Virus record (IMG/VR): IMGVR_UViG_3300028844_006632
Direction: 5' to 3' (one strand)
DNA: 20,000 nt
From: an uncultured virus (IMG/VR IMGVR_UViG_3300028844_006632)
Taxonomy: Duplodnaviria; Heunggongvirae; Uroviricota; Caudoviricetes
A program made the position numbers and the translations under genes. The notes beneath the pieces are model-generated. The model made no database searches. It was not told the DNA's origin and saw only the letters and a list, made by a program, of their open reading frames with translations. Every line of letters starts with the position of its first letter. Position 1 is the stretch's first letter. Positions 8,884-17,107 of the stretch are shown here, piece by piece.

Positions 8884-9671
8884 GATTTTACTATTACCTT
8901 TTTAATTTCACCATTTTCAGTTACATCTTTCCAATTCTTGAAAAAGTGTGAACGATGTTCATATGCAAATTTAAATTTAACTATATTCTCTTTATCACAA
9001 AACATTTTTACTGCATTTGCTTGAATTGTACTATCACCCCAACGATGTCGTTGTATTCCACCATCCTCATTGATATATGACATAAAGTTTTGATAATCGT
9101 CTGATGTCCAAAATGATAGTTTTGAGATATTAAAGTTGTTGTAAAAGTTCCAGCAATTTATATCACTCATTTCACATTTTATTGATATATTGTTTTGTCT
9201 TACATAATTTTTAATTGCTTTTGGTAACGTTTCACAAGTTTCACGATGACTATCACGTTTATCACGAACATATCCGTATAATCTTCCCGACTCAATAAAA
9301 TCATCTATTTCAAGTGGAGATTGTAAAATACTATCTGCATCTAATCTAATTCCATAATCGTATCCACTTAAATAATGAATAAACTCAGAAGAGTAAAACA
9401 AACACATTCCTTTGTAACCAATATTTGAACCTTGTTTGAATCTAGGAAGTTTTTTAATTTCTTCAGTTGGATTTTCACGTATATCAATCACTTCGGTTTC
9501 GTCACCAATAATATCTCGTACAGGTTTTGAAAGTGAACCGTCTTGATCCACAAACAATTTCATATCAACCTGATATTTTGTTTTTAGATGTGTCTTTATA
9601 CCTTCAAGACGATCTTTCCAATAGTTCCGAATATCTCGGTTTAAGCAAAGTCCATATACTACAATTTTCAT
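8880..9671 (-). CDS. GT15 (Kre2/Mnt1/Ktr-like) alpha-1,2-mannosyltransferase-like glycosyltransferase
   Basis: GYKGMCLFYS (cf. Kre2 SYRHMCRY), YDYGIRLDADS, FYNNFNISKLSFW, GGIQRHRWGDSTIQ (cf. GGFFYERWGDAP). Confidence 0.85.
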   Translation of the reverse strand: MKIVVYGLCLNRDIRNYWKDRLEGIKTHLKTKYQVDMKLFVDQDGSLSKPVRDIIGDETEVIDIRENPTEEIKKLPRFKQGSNIGYKGMCLFYSSEFIHYLSGYDYGIRLDADSILQSPLEIDDFIESGRLYGYVRDKRDSHRETCETLPKAIKNYVRQNNISIKCEMSDINCWNFYNNFNISKLSFWTSDDYQNFMSYINEDGGIQRHRWGDSTIQANAVKMFCDKENIVKFKFAYEHRSHFFKNWKDVTENGEIKKVIVKS

Positions 9672-10324
9672 ATTATCATTGCACCTGGTAATTCTTTCAT
9701 ATGATTATCCAAACCTTCATACATACAAGTCAAACGATGCTTATCAAAATCATTTAGATCATTCATTCTGTTTACTCTGTCACGTTTTCTCATAAAAGAT
9801 TTTTTATATGTAGGATCAATTCCCATATACCCAAACAACAAATCTATATTTTCCCACATACTATTAAAGTTAATAAGCAATCTTGGGTATCCTTGTCCTT
9901 TATTTGGGTTTGTCCAATTTTCAAATTGTTGTATCATTCCAAATGTATCTTTAGATTCATCCAAGAAATTAGATAATTGATTTTTGTGAGTTGCTCGTTT
10001 ACCAGTTACTGCAATTGCATGACCCATTGCTATATTTCTTCTGAATAAACTTAATACCATGCTATAAGGATTGTCGTATAAAAATACTGCTCGTTCAATT
10101 GGTCCTTCGTTTAAATCTGTTCTGTCAAATGAGTTTTCTTTTTTTAAATATGGATCACTTTGCCTGGGTGGGGTAATTCGATGTTTTAATCCTTTTGGAT
10201 TAGAACCCGGTCCTGCTTCACGAATCCCTTCGGAATTAAGTGGACAATTGCATTCTATCTTGCGTGATGCCCATCCTATGAAACTGGTTGAGGCACATCC
10301 TCCCATTGATGTAATTAATATCAT
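9668..10324 (-). CDS. Putative sulfotransferase-fold (P-loop) protein
   Basis: N-terminal ITSMGGCASTSF resembles a 5'-PSB loop; VFLYDNPYSMVLSLFRR resembles a 3'-PB helix; LLINFNSMW matches the later strand. Divergent. Confidence 0.55.
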   Translation of the reverse strand: MILITSMGGCASTSFIGWASRKIECNCPLNSEGIREAGPGSNPKGLKHRITPPRQSDPYLKKENSFDRTDLNEGPIERAVFLYDNPYSMVLSLFRRNIAMGHAIAVTGKRATHKNQLSNFLDESKDTFGMIQQFENWTNPNKGQGYPRLLINFNSMWENIDLLFGYMGIDPTYKKSFMRKRDRVNRMNDLNDFDKHRLTCMYEGLDNHMKELPGAMII

Positions 10325-10342
10325 ATAGATAAATATTATTCA

Positions 10343-12289
10343 TTAATGAATTTCTATTGAATCACAGTGACTTCCTTTCAAATTCATCCAGTGAGGTTCA
10401 TTTCCTTCTACAAATTCAAAGTTTAATTCGTCAGTTTCACCCATATATGTTTTACGATCAGTTAAAACTGGACTGTAAACTTTTGCAGTTGGACTTAAGA
10501 AACCAGCAACCCAACTGAAACTACTATTCGCACGAAATATAGTTCTTGCAAAATATAAACGCAAAAAGTCAGGTAACCAATCAAACATTACATCTGGAAT
10601 TACTTTAGAACCAACTGGATAGTTCCAACCACCACGAACTTGTGGTGTTCCAACTCCCCATTTTCCAGTCCAGTCATCGGTTGTCCACTCTACACAATTT
10701 GAACAAAATCCAAATTTTTGAAATGCTTTTGTATAACTTTGCTTGTTAATAACACTATATGCTTGTACATTTCGTTTATTGTAGTTTGCATTTGAAATAT
10801 CATCTCTACGTAAATGAGCAATATCATAAGTTCCTTGTTTATCTTCAAGTCGTTTGTATACATCAAGATTTTTTACTTCGTCTGAAAATTCTAACCATTG
10901 CAATTGTTGTGCTTTATCGTAATCACGGAAATTGGCATCTGAATGAATGCACAAACTGTCAAAAAATACGTTACGATGTTCATTTTTACCTTGTGTATCT
11001 GGATTAAAATAAACCAAGTTATCACCGGTTCTTTGATTGTAATTTTGAATCGCAGTTTTTCTGTATTCAATAGAATCCATTGGTTTCTTTGATTGATTTA
11101 CTTGCAATCTAAGTTTGTCACTTGTAATCGTTTTAACACCTGAATCTACAAACAAACGAGAACCTTCCCATGCACTTGGTAAGTAAAAGTCTAAATTATA
11201 TTTGTGAGCATAATGCTTACCAAACATATAACTAAAAACTCTGTTTCCGAATCTGCCATTCCAGTGAACCATTACAATTTTGTCACCGAGCATTTGCATT
11301 TCATTATCTTCAGTAGTTGAAACTACGACTTTTTTTGAACTTTGATTTTGTGTATCATTCATGGTTGATGTAACTTTCTTTTTAATATCATTTTTAATTG
11401 CAAATTGATAAGAAGCATGGACTCCCTTTACCGACATCCAGTGTGGATGATTTCCTTTTACAAAATTATAGTCATTTACTTCTCCAGGTGTATATTCGTG
11501 TAATAACGGAGAATAAATGTTATCAGTATCACTAATCCAAGATGCAAACAAACTAAACGAGCTATTTGATCTGAATATGTTTCTAGCAAATACTATTTTT
11601 AAAAAATCAGGTAACCAAGGAATTTTTCTACCACCTATACTTGGAATTGGTTTATTCCAGCTCCACCCTACATTTTGTTCATCGGAAATCCATGTTACTT
11701 TCGTTGGATCTTGACCGAACTTAGCAAATGCAGCTCCGTAACTTTTCCGACTAACCATACTATGCCCACCTTGGTAATTTTTTCCTGCGATGTCAGTTCT
11801 ACGGAAATGTGCAACATCATATGTACCTTTGGCATCTTCTAATTCACGATACATATCAGTTTGTTTTAATTCGTCCGAAAATTCAAAATATCTTCGTAAA
11901 TCCGACAAATCAATCTGCTCATAGAACCAATTACAATCAGTAACTAAACTAATAAATGCGGTGTTTGTTTTACCGTAATTTCTTTTTAAAACAGGATCAA
12001 TAAATTCTATATTATCATTGAAGTTTTCATTGTACCTATCAATTACCTTTTTATTTTTTTTAAAAGGTTCACCTTTCCAAGCACCTCCTGCATAAATAAA
12101 ATTATTGCGTGTAAAACTTTCGTCTGCAACTGGTGCGGGATTTTTAAACAGAACTGAACCATCCCACTCTGAACCCACATAAAACTTTTGATTAAACTTT
12201 TGTTCTATATGCTTACCGTACAAATACGAATGGCAACGATTTCCAAATCTACCAATCCAAGATGCACAGATTATTTTGTTTTGCTCCAA
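10343..12289 (-). CDS. Tandem two-domain GT11-like (fucosyltransferase-like, GT-B) glycosyltransferase, TTG start
   Basis: Each half carries GRFGN (WIGRFGNR / WNGRFGNR), HxRRxD (AHFRRTD / AHLRRDD) and NSSFS (SNSSFS / ANSSFSW), the conserved motifs of GT11 alpha-1,2-fucosyltransferases. Confidence 0.8.
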   Translation of the reverse strand: MEQNKIICASWIGRFGNRCHSYLYGKHIEQKFNQKFYVGSEWDGSVLFKNPAPVADESFTRNNFIYAGGAWKGEPFKKNKKVIDRYNENFNDNIEFIDPVLKRNYGKTNTAFISLVTDCNWFYEQIDLSDLRRYFEFSDELKQTDMYRELEDAKGTYDVAHFRRTDIAGKNYQGGHSMVSRKSYGAAFAKFGQDPTKVTWISDEQNVGWSWNKPIPSIGGRKIPWLPDFLKIVFARNIFRSNSSFSLFASWISDTDNIYSPLLHEYTPGEVNDYNFVKGNHPHWMSVKGVHASYQFAIKNDIKKKVTSTMNDTQNQSSKKVVVSTTEDNEMQMLGDKIVMVHWNGRFGNRVFSYMFGKHYAHKYNLDFYLPSAWEGSRLFVDSGVKTITSDKLRLQVNQSKKPMDSIEYRKTAIQNYNQRTGDNLVYFNPDTQGKNEHRNVFFDSLCIHSDANFRDYDKAQQLQWLEFSDEVKNLDVYKRLEDKQGTYDIAHLRRDDISNANYNKRNVQAYSVINKQSYTKAFQKFGFCSNCVEWTTDDWTGKWGVGTPQVRGGWNYPVGSKVIPDVMFDWLPDFLRLYFARTIFRANSSFSWVAGFLSPTAKVYSPVLTDRKTYMGETDELNFEFVEGNEPHWMNLKGSHCDSIEIH

Positions 12290-12299
12290 TGTTGTATCC

Positions 12300-12500
12300 T
12301 TATGGCAGAACTACAATAGTATCGTTTACATCACTTTGTGTATTTTTATTTAATACAAGTCGTTTATTTACTTTGTTTAAAGCAAACGCATAATTTTTTC
12401 GTTTTGCTTCGTTATGTGTTAATTTAACGAATTCTTGCACAGAATTGTCTGTTATCAAAACATAGTCATATAACTTTGGATTTATTTCTATATAGTCCAT
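12300..12500 (-). CDS. Hypothetical protein (66 aa)
   Basis: ATG ORF with A-rich leader, tightly packed in the operon. Confidence 0.65.
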   Translation of the reverse strand: MDYIEINPKLYDYVLITDNSVQEFVKLTHNEAKRKNYAFALNKVNKRLVLNKNTQSDVNDTIVVLP

Positions 12501-12503
12501 TTT

Positions 12504-12782
12504 TTATTGATCTTTTTCTTTTATTTCCGCACTAATAAATAACTTACCTTCAGTATCTTCAGTTGCTTCTGCAAGAACATGAGCAACTCCACAACGAAAT
12601 GAATATCTTGTGGAAAAATACATAAATGGTAAAATCAAATAACTCACCCACATTTCAAATGCGTTGGTGTACATCAAAATTCCCAATACACATAGATAAG
12701 GCATACAGGTATTCATTAAATAGTTAATGATGGCCGTTGCAGTTGATACTTCATCTACTATACTTTTGCTTGTATTTTTCAT
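12504..12782 (-). CDS. Hypothetical membrane protein (92 aa)
   Basis: Hydrophobic segments MPYLCVLGILMYTNAF and MWVSYLILPFMYF; ATGA overlap with the upstream gene. Confidence 0.7.
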   Translation of the reverse strand: MKNTSKSIVDEVSTATAIINYLMNTCMPYLCVLGILMYTNAFEMWVSYLILPFMYFSTRYSFRCGVAHVLAEATEDTEGKLFISAEIKEKDQ

Positions 12783-13375
12783 ATTATTTTTTTTAGTTTA
12801 TTTTCTATATGTATGAGTCCTTCCTGACAGAATATCAATGGGTATCTCAGATATATACATATATTTATAAGAGGATTTATTACCAATTTTCTAAATAATT
12901 TAAAGTGCCATGAATTAACTCGTATTGCTCGTTTGATAGCAATCTGTTTGATTTGTTCATTGTGCTTTAATCTTGCAGTATTGTCAATCAATAATACATT
13001 TGGTTCTGCTGATATAACATAACCATTTTCAACTTTAAATTTAATTTTTACATCAGCATCTGTTTGAGGTGCGATAATTTGAGTTTTAATTTCAAGTTCA
13101 CCTGTAAAATCAACTCGTTCCCAATCTCTGTTAGTAACTCGTGCGTATGTTGTTCCGTTCCATATTACACCAGGTTTACCGAACTCATCGGGTCCTACCT
13201 CTTTATACTCAACGATGTTGTGACACAACTCTCCGTTTCGTCTTACAAGAAAGTCACCATGCTTTTTATTAATTGGTTCACATAAATATGTAAGTTTTTC
13301 CCACTCAACATCTACTTTCTCTAGAACTTCTTCCGAGAAATTAACCTTATATTTACACTTTATATAGTTATTCAT
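12779..13375 (-). CDS. Hypothetical protein (198 aa)
   Basis: ORF immediately downstream of a consensus promoter; no assignable function. Confidence 0.75.
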   Translation of the reverse strand: MNNYIKCKYKVNFSEEVLEKVDVEWEKLTYLCEPINKKHGDFLVRRNGELCHNIVEYKEVGPDEFGKPGVIWNGTTYARVTNRDWERVDFTGELEIKTQIIAPQTDADVKIKFKVENGYVISAEPNVLLIDNTARLKHNEQIKQIAIKRAIRVNSWHFKLFRKLVINPLINICIYLRYPLIFCQEGLIHIENKLKKII

Positions 13376-13384
13376 TTTATACTT

Positions 13385-13413
13385 ATTATAATAATTAAAT
13401 TTGGAAATGTCAA
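13385..13413 (-). promoter_or_regulatory. Perfect-consensus sigma70 promoter
   Basis: Minus strand TTGACA (13413-13408), 17-nt spacer, TATAAT (13390-13385), 9 nt before ATG 13375. Confidence 0.85.
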
Positions 13414-13426
13414 CTTTTTGTTAAAG

Positions 13427-13669
13427 TTATTTTTCGTTTGTACCATTTTCAAGCATTTTATTAATTGAATCTTTTAGTTTACCTTCATAAACTTTATCTT
13501 CTAAATACTGATTACAATACTTAACTAATTTTTTCTCATCTTCTGCTAAAAGACTTGCTGATAATATAGTTAAAATGTTATACAAATCAGGATTATCATC
13601 TTTAATTTTGTCCGCAAGTGTTGTCAAAGTTGATACTTCAATTTTGTAATATGGATTTATTGAAACCAT
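13427..13669 (-). CDS. Hypothetical protein (80 aa)
   Basis: ATG ORF 3 nt downstream of the preceding stop. Confidence 0.7.
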   Translation of the reverse strand: MVSINPYYKIEVSTLTTLADKIKDDNPDLYNILTILSASLLAEDEKKLVKYCNQYLEDKVYEGKLKDSINKMLENGTNEK

Positions 13670-13672
13670 TTT

Positions 13673-14941
13673 TTATTGTTTCTCATAAACACACAATGTT
13701 TCGTAATTCCCCATTGCAAGTTTCTTAGGACTTCTTTTGGTTTTCATTTGAGATAATTTTATTTTGTACTGCTTTGTTTTTCCAAAAATATCTTCTGCTA
13801 TTTTTTTTAAATCATGAGATAGCATATAATTGTGACCAAAATAATCAGCATAATCTCGTGTAATGAATCCTAATTTTGCATTTGTTTTCATAACATCTGC
13901 ACATAATTGCAATGTGGGTTTCCAGTACCCATTTAACCAGTCGGTGTATGTTTCAAAGTTGTTTATACTTTGTTCTTTGCCTTCGTATATTTCAAACTTA
14001 AAACACGGAGGACCAAATAATACTGCATCAAATTTGTTTCGGTATTCATCTGTAAAGTTGTGCGTATCGTTTAATTTTTCACTTGGACAATTATACAATT
14101 TTACTGATTTATTTCCGTAATCTAAAAATGGATTTTTTAATGATTCGTAATAATCATGCAGTTTATTTCCGTTGTTAATTACATCACCAATAACATCCGT
14201 TGCAACAAACTCTTCAAAGTTGGTTTGATAATACGCTAATTGATAACTATTCCAACCCATTGTGGGTGCAAACAAACTTTTTCCATCAAATATAGTATTC
14301 AATATACTTGCGTATGTATTAGGATTAAAGATGCTTGGTTTGGAAATGGTTGACATTATGGAACTCCAAACTGATGTCATATTTTTATCTAAAAAGAAAT
14401 TAAATGTAGCAGGACCTACAAAACTATTACGAAGCAAGTGCCACTTAAAAAGACATTTTAAGATACTTTGACAATCTTGAAAATCATTTTTATGCAGTCT
14501 TTTTGTTGAGTACATTTTATCATAATTAATGTTTCTCAAAATACGACTTGTATCAGAGTTCATAGTTCCATCAAAATAGTTTTTAAACTTACACGGAACA
14601 ACTTGAAAGTTCATTCCACTTTTTAAACTATCAATTTCAATATAATGGGAATACCAATCGTATAATGTTTCTTCACGATTTTTAACAAACATTTCATAGC
14701 AACTTTCTATGAACTGAGGTAATACATAATAACGAAAATCTGCTTTACCGTATTTCAATATAAAGTTTTTTACATTATACCTCGAAACAGGTTTGGTAAT
14801 ATTATCCATATCCATTCTTGAATAATTGGTATATAAAACCCCAAGTTGTTCTGAATATGAATCAAAATCAATCTTCGGTTCAAGTTCCAGAGAATCCACA
14901 AAATCATCGAAGGAAACAATTAATTTTTTTTCTGCTGACAT
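13673..14941 (-). CDS. SAM-dependent DNA amino-methyltransferase-like protein (N4C/N6A type) with non-canonical motifs, about 422 aa
   Basis: C-terminal half has SIFNP, LFAPTMGWNS (motif I-like), FVATDV, CPSE, FDAVLFGPPCFKFEIY (motif IV-like) and WLNGYW. Start ATG 14941 preferred over 14971 to reduce overlap. Confidence 0.65.
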   Translation of the reverse strand: MSAEKKLIVSFDDFVDSLELEPKIDFDSYSEQLGVLYTNYSRMDMDNITKPVSRYNVKNFILKYGKADFRYYVLPQFIESCYEMFVKNREETLYDWYSHYIEIDSLKSGMNFQVVPCKFKNYFDGTMNSDTSRILRNINYDKMYSTKRLHKNDFQDCQSILKCLFKWHLLRNSFVGPATFNFFLDKNMTSVWSSIMSTISKPSIFNPNTYASILNTIFDGKSLFAPTMGWNSYQLAYYQTNFEEFVATDVIGDVINNGNKLHDYYESLKNPFLDYGNKSVKLYNCPSEKLNDTHNFTDEYRNKFDAVLFGPPCFKFEIYEGKEQSINNFETYTDWLNGYWKPTLQLCADVMKTNAKLGFITRDYADYFGHNYMLSHDLKKIAEDIFGKTKQYKIKLSQMKTKRSPKKLAMGNYETLCVYEKQ

Positions 14942-15147
14942 TCTTCTTCTTTGATTATCTGTTGGAAGCATTCATTATATAATTCTAACTGCTCAACTCG
15001 GTCTTGTAGATACCGTACATATAGCAAGCACTTTTGCATTTCGTTTGCGAGATGGTTTTCTTCACCAAAATCTTCTTTGTGCATTTTAACCCACTTCCGC
15101 AAAAAAGGGAGATTGGGTTTCAGTTGTTGATCCAAATCCGTTTTCAT
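14920..15147 (-). CDS. Hypothetical protein (75 aa, coiled-coil-like C-terminus)
   Basis: Fills the gap between the two methyltransferases and overlaps both. Confidence 0.55.
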   Translation of the reverse strand: MKTDLDQQLKPNLPFLRKWVKMHKEDFGEENHLANEMQKCLLYVRYLQDRVEQLELYNECFQQIIKEEECQQKKN

Positions 15148-15910
15148 ATTCTAACATTCTTTCTGCTATTGACTTCATAACAGGAGGACAAACTGCATTT
15201 CCTATTTGAAGCATTTTACTTGTTTTTGTTCCAAACAACTTATAGTCACTTGGAAATCCCATTAATTTTAAATGGTCTTCAATGCTTACATGAGTGAATC
15301 CTGTGAATCTAAATCTTTTGGGCATTTCACGTCCATCATACCACTTTAATGGAATTCTACGCACGGTAGGAGACACTTTGTTTAACGGATATACCTTTGA
15401 GTTGTATCCGTCTAAAAGACCCTCTCCTTCGGGTTTCAGCACATCTGCTATAACTCTATTTGGTTCACCGTTTTCCATTGGCAACTTAAAGTTTGATACA
15501 AAATGTCGTTTGCGTCTTTGTGGTAAACCAAAGTTTTGTGCATCTAAACAAACACCTGGCATTGCTCGTTTTGCTCCTACCACATTTTCCCATACCCAAT
15601 ACTTTGGTTTCACTTGCTCAACAATCTCCATAAATCGTTTTACCAACGAATCGTCATAATCACGGTTATAGTAATTTGCTTGGGAGAATTTCTGACATGG
15701 AGGAGACCCAATTATTATATCACATTCAGGTAAATCAGATGCTTCTATCAAATTAATATCTTTGCACCAAACAGGACAATCTATATTTAGTTCATGTGTT
15801 TTACAAGCATCTTCCCACAAATCAACTGCAAGAACCATTTGCAGACCCGATTGTTCTATTCCCAAAGAAGAACCACCACAACCACTGAAAAAATCTATTA
15901 CTCTCAACAT
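15086..15910 (-). CDS. C5-cytosine DNA methyltransferase (Dcm family), 274 aa
   Basis: Motif I DFFSGCGG, IV GSPPCQKFS, VI WENV, VIII QRRKRHF, IX LMGFPSDY, X QIGNAV. Start set at ATG 15910 (MLRVIDF), 1 nt after the upstream stop. Confidence 0.95.
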   Translation of the reverse strand: MLRVIDFFSGCGGSSLGIEQSGLQMVLAVDLWEDACKTHELNIDCPVWCKDINLIEASDLPECDIIIGSPPCQKFSQANYYNRDYDDSLVKRFMEIVEQVKPKYWVWENVVGAKRAMPGVCLDAQNFGLPQRRKRHFVSNFKLPMENGEPNRVIADVLKPEGEGLLDGYNSKVYPLNKVSPTVRRIPLKWYDGREMPKRFRFTGFTHVSIEDHLKLMGFPSDYKLFGTKTSKMLQIGNAVCPPVMKSIAERMLEYENGFGSTTETQSPFFAEVG

Positions 15911-15911
15911 T

Positions 15912-16085
15912 TTACTTAACCCATTCAAGCATTCCGTGAGTGATGGCATCAAGTGGTGTTGAGTCTGGATATCTTTTCATATAAAGCAAAGCACTAAATA
16001 CCACTTCGGTGTATAGTCCATACGCACGAGCAGTATCTAATGCTTCTGATATATTTCTTATTTCAATTGATGTTACTGCATTCAC
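15912..16085 (-). CDS. Small hypothetical protein (57 aa), not in ORF track
   Basis: GTG start overlapping the upstream TGA (GTGA); MNAVTSIEIRNISEALDTARAYGLYTEVVFSALLYMKRYPDSTPLDAITHGMLEWVK; stop 1 nt before the MTase ATG. Confidence 0.7.
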   Translation of the reverse strand: MNAVTSIEIRNISEALDTARAYGLYTEVVFSALLYMKRYPDSTPLDAITHGMLEWVK

Positions 16086-16333
16086 ATTATTTTGTAGTTA
16101 ACATCATTAAATACTATTTCATCGGTAGGTGCAAGTTTTTTCCAACGGGTATAAAGTCCGTTGAAAAATCTTATGTAAACTCCGTCTTCTTTATCTTCAA
16201 CACCAGAGATACTATGTAATTTATCTCCTTGTGCTAATTGAGGAAGTTTAGTATGTAATTTATTTAACATACCACCTTTCCAATGTTGATTAAATGTATC
16301 AATTGATTTTCTTAATTTAATATAGTTTTCCAT
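16082..16333 (-). CDS. Hypothetical protein (83 aa)
   Basis: ATG ORF within the packed minus-strand run. Confidence 0.7.
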   Translation of the reverse strand: MENYIKLRKSIDTFNQHWKGGMLNKLHTKLPQLAQGDKLHSISGVEDKEDGVYIRFFNGLYTRWKKLAPTDEIVFNDVNYKIM

Positions 16334-16451
16334 TCTTAATTGTATCTTTCTTTACAAATCTATTTTCACTACCATCACTTCTTACCATTAAATAGTAATC
16401 GTCCTGATTGTCAAGATCATTGTAGAAATGTCTGGCATCAAAATATTTCAC
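16317..16451 (-). CDS. Small hypothetical protein (44 aa)
   Basis: 3' part of track ORF 16317..16607; GTG at 16451 lies 4 nt after the stop of the 51-aa ORF. Confidence 0.45.
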   Translation of the reverse strand: MKYFDARHFYNDLDNQDDYYLMVRSDGSENRFVKKDTIKNGKLY

Positions 16452-16455
16452 AGAA

Positions 16456-16611
16456 TCACTTTGGCTTTGTAGGTTTTTGCTTTTCAAGTTCGGTTTGCCA
16501 CTTTGGTTTGAAAGCATTTGGAAAAACTTTACCTGTATCAGTTTTATCTGTGTAAATACTTTTACCAACATCACAGGACGGGTTTGCACCACAACATTGA
16601 TTCGCATTCAT
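16456..16611 (-). CDS. Small hypothetical protein (51 aa), not in ORF track
   Basis: ATG 1 nt after the upstream stop; MNANQCCGANPSCDVGKSIYTDKTDTGKVFPNAFKPKWQTELEKQKPTKPK. Confidence 0.55.
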   Translation of the reverse strand: MNANQCCGANPSCDVGKSIYTDKTDTGKVFPNAFKPKWQTELEKQKPTKPK

Positions 16612-16612
16612 A

Positions 16613-17074
16613 TTAACTTTGTGGAATTTGGTTATCAGTTCTTACAATCACCGTTGGTTCTTTTGTTTTAACTGAAATTTCTTCTTCAGTAAAATACTTT
16701 GCAGTAACTTGCTCAAGAACTTCAGAAACCTTATACACAGGATTCTTGCGAGAATTTTTCTTTTTGCCATTTAGCACATCATTGTTGTATGAATAAGCCG
16801 CACTATGAATTTTTTCCAACAAATCTGTGTGATTGTCTTCTTCGTTCATTTGAACTACCCAAACAGGACAATCTACTACTTGCACAAAACGATCTTCAGG
16901 ATCACTTGCAACAAGAACCATTTTCTTTTTCTTGCGACTAGCAGCCTGTAATTTTGCTCGTTGTGATTCTTCATCTTCAAGACGTTTAATTTCCGACATG
17001 ATGTCTTTAACCTTTGGTTGTTCAACACCTTTTTGCGTTAATACGTGCTCAATATCATCTTCGTTTAATCTCAT
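16613..17074 (-). CDS. Hypothetical protein (153 aa)
   Basis: Long ORF, charged composition, A-rich leader. Confidence 0.8.
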   Translation of the reverse strand: MRLNEDDIEHVLTQKGVEQPKVKDIMSEIKRLEDEESQRAKLQAASRKKKKMVLVASDPEDRFVQVVDCPVWVVQMNEEDNHTDLLEKIHSAAYSYNNDVLNGKKKNSRKNPVYKVSEVLEQVTAKYFTEEEISVKTKEPTVIVRTDNQIPQS

Positions 17075-17107
17075 AATTTTTATATTATTTTGTTAATTTT
17101 TGTTATA

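Noticed and set aside
13673..15910. Complete restriction-modification system
   Set aside because: No recognisable PD-(D/E)xK, HNH or GIY-YIG endonuclease next to the methyltransferases.
16452..16607. N-terminal part of track ORF 16317..16607 as one 96-aa gene
   Set aside because: A coupled 51-aa ORF plus a 44-aa ORF tile the region better, though the single-ORF model is not fully excluded.
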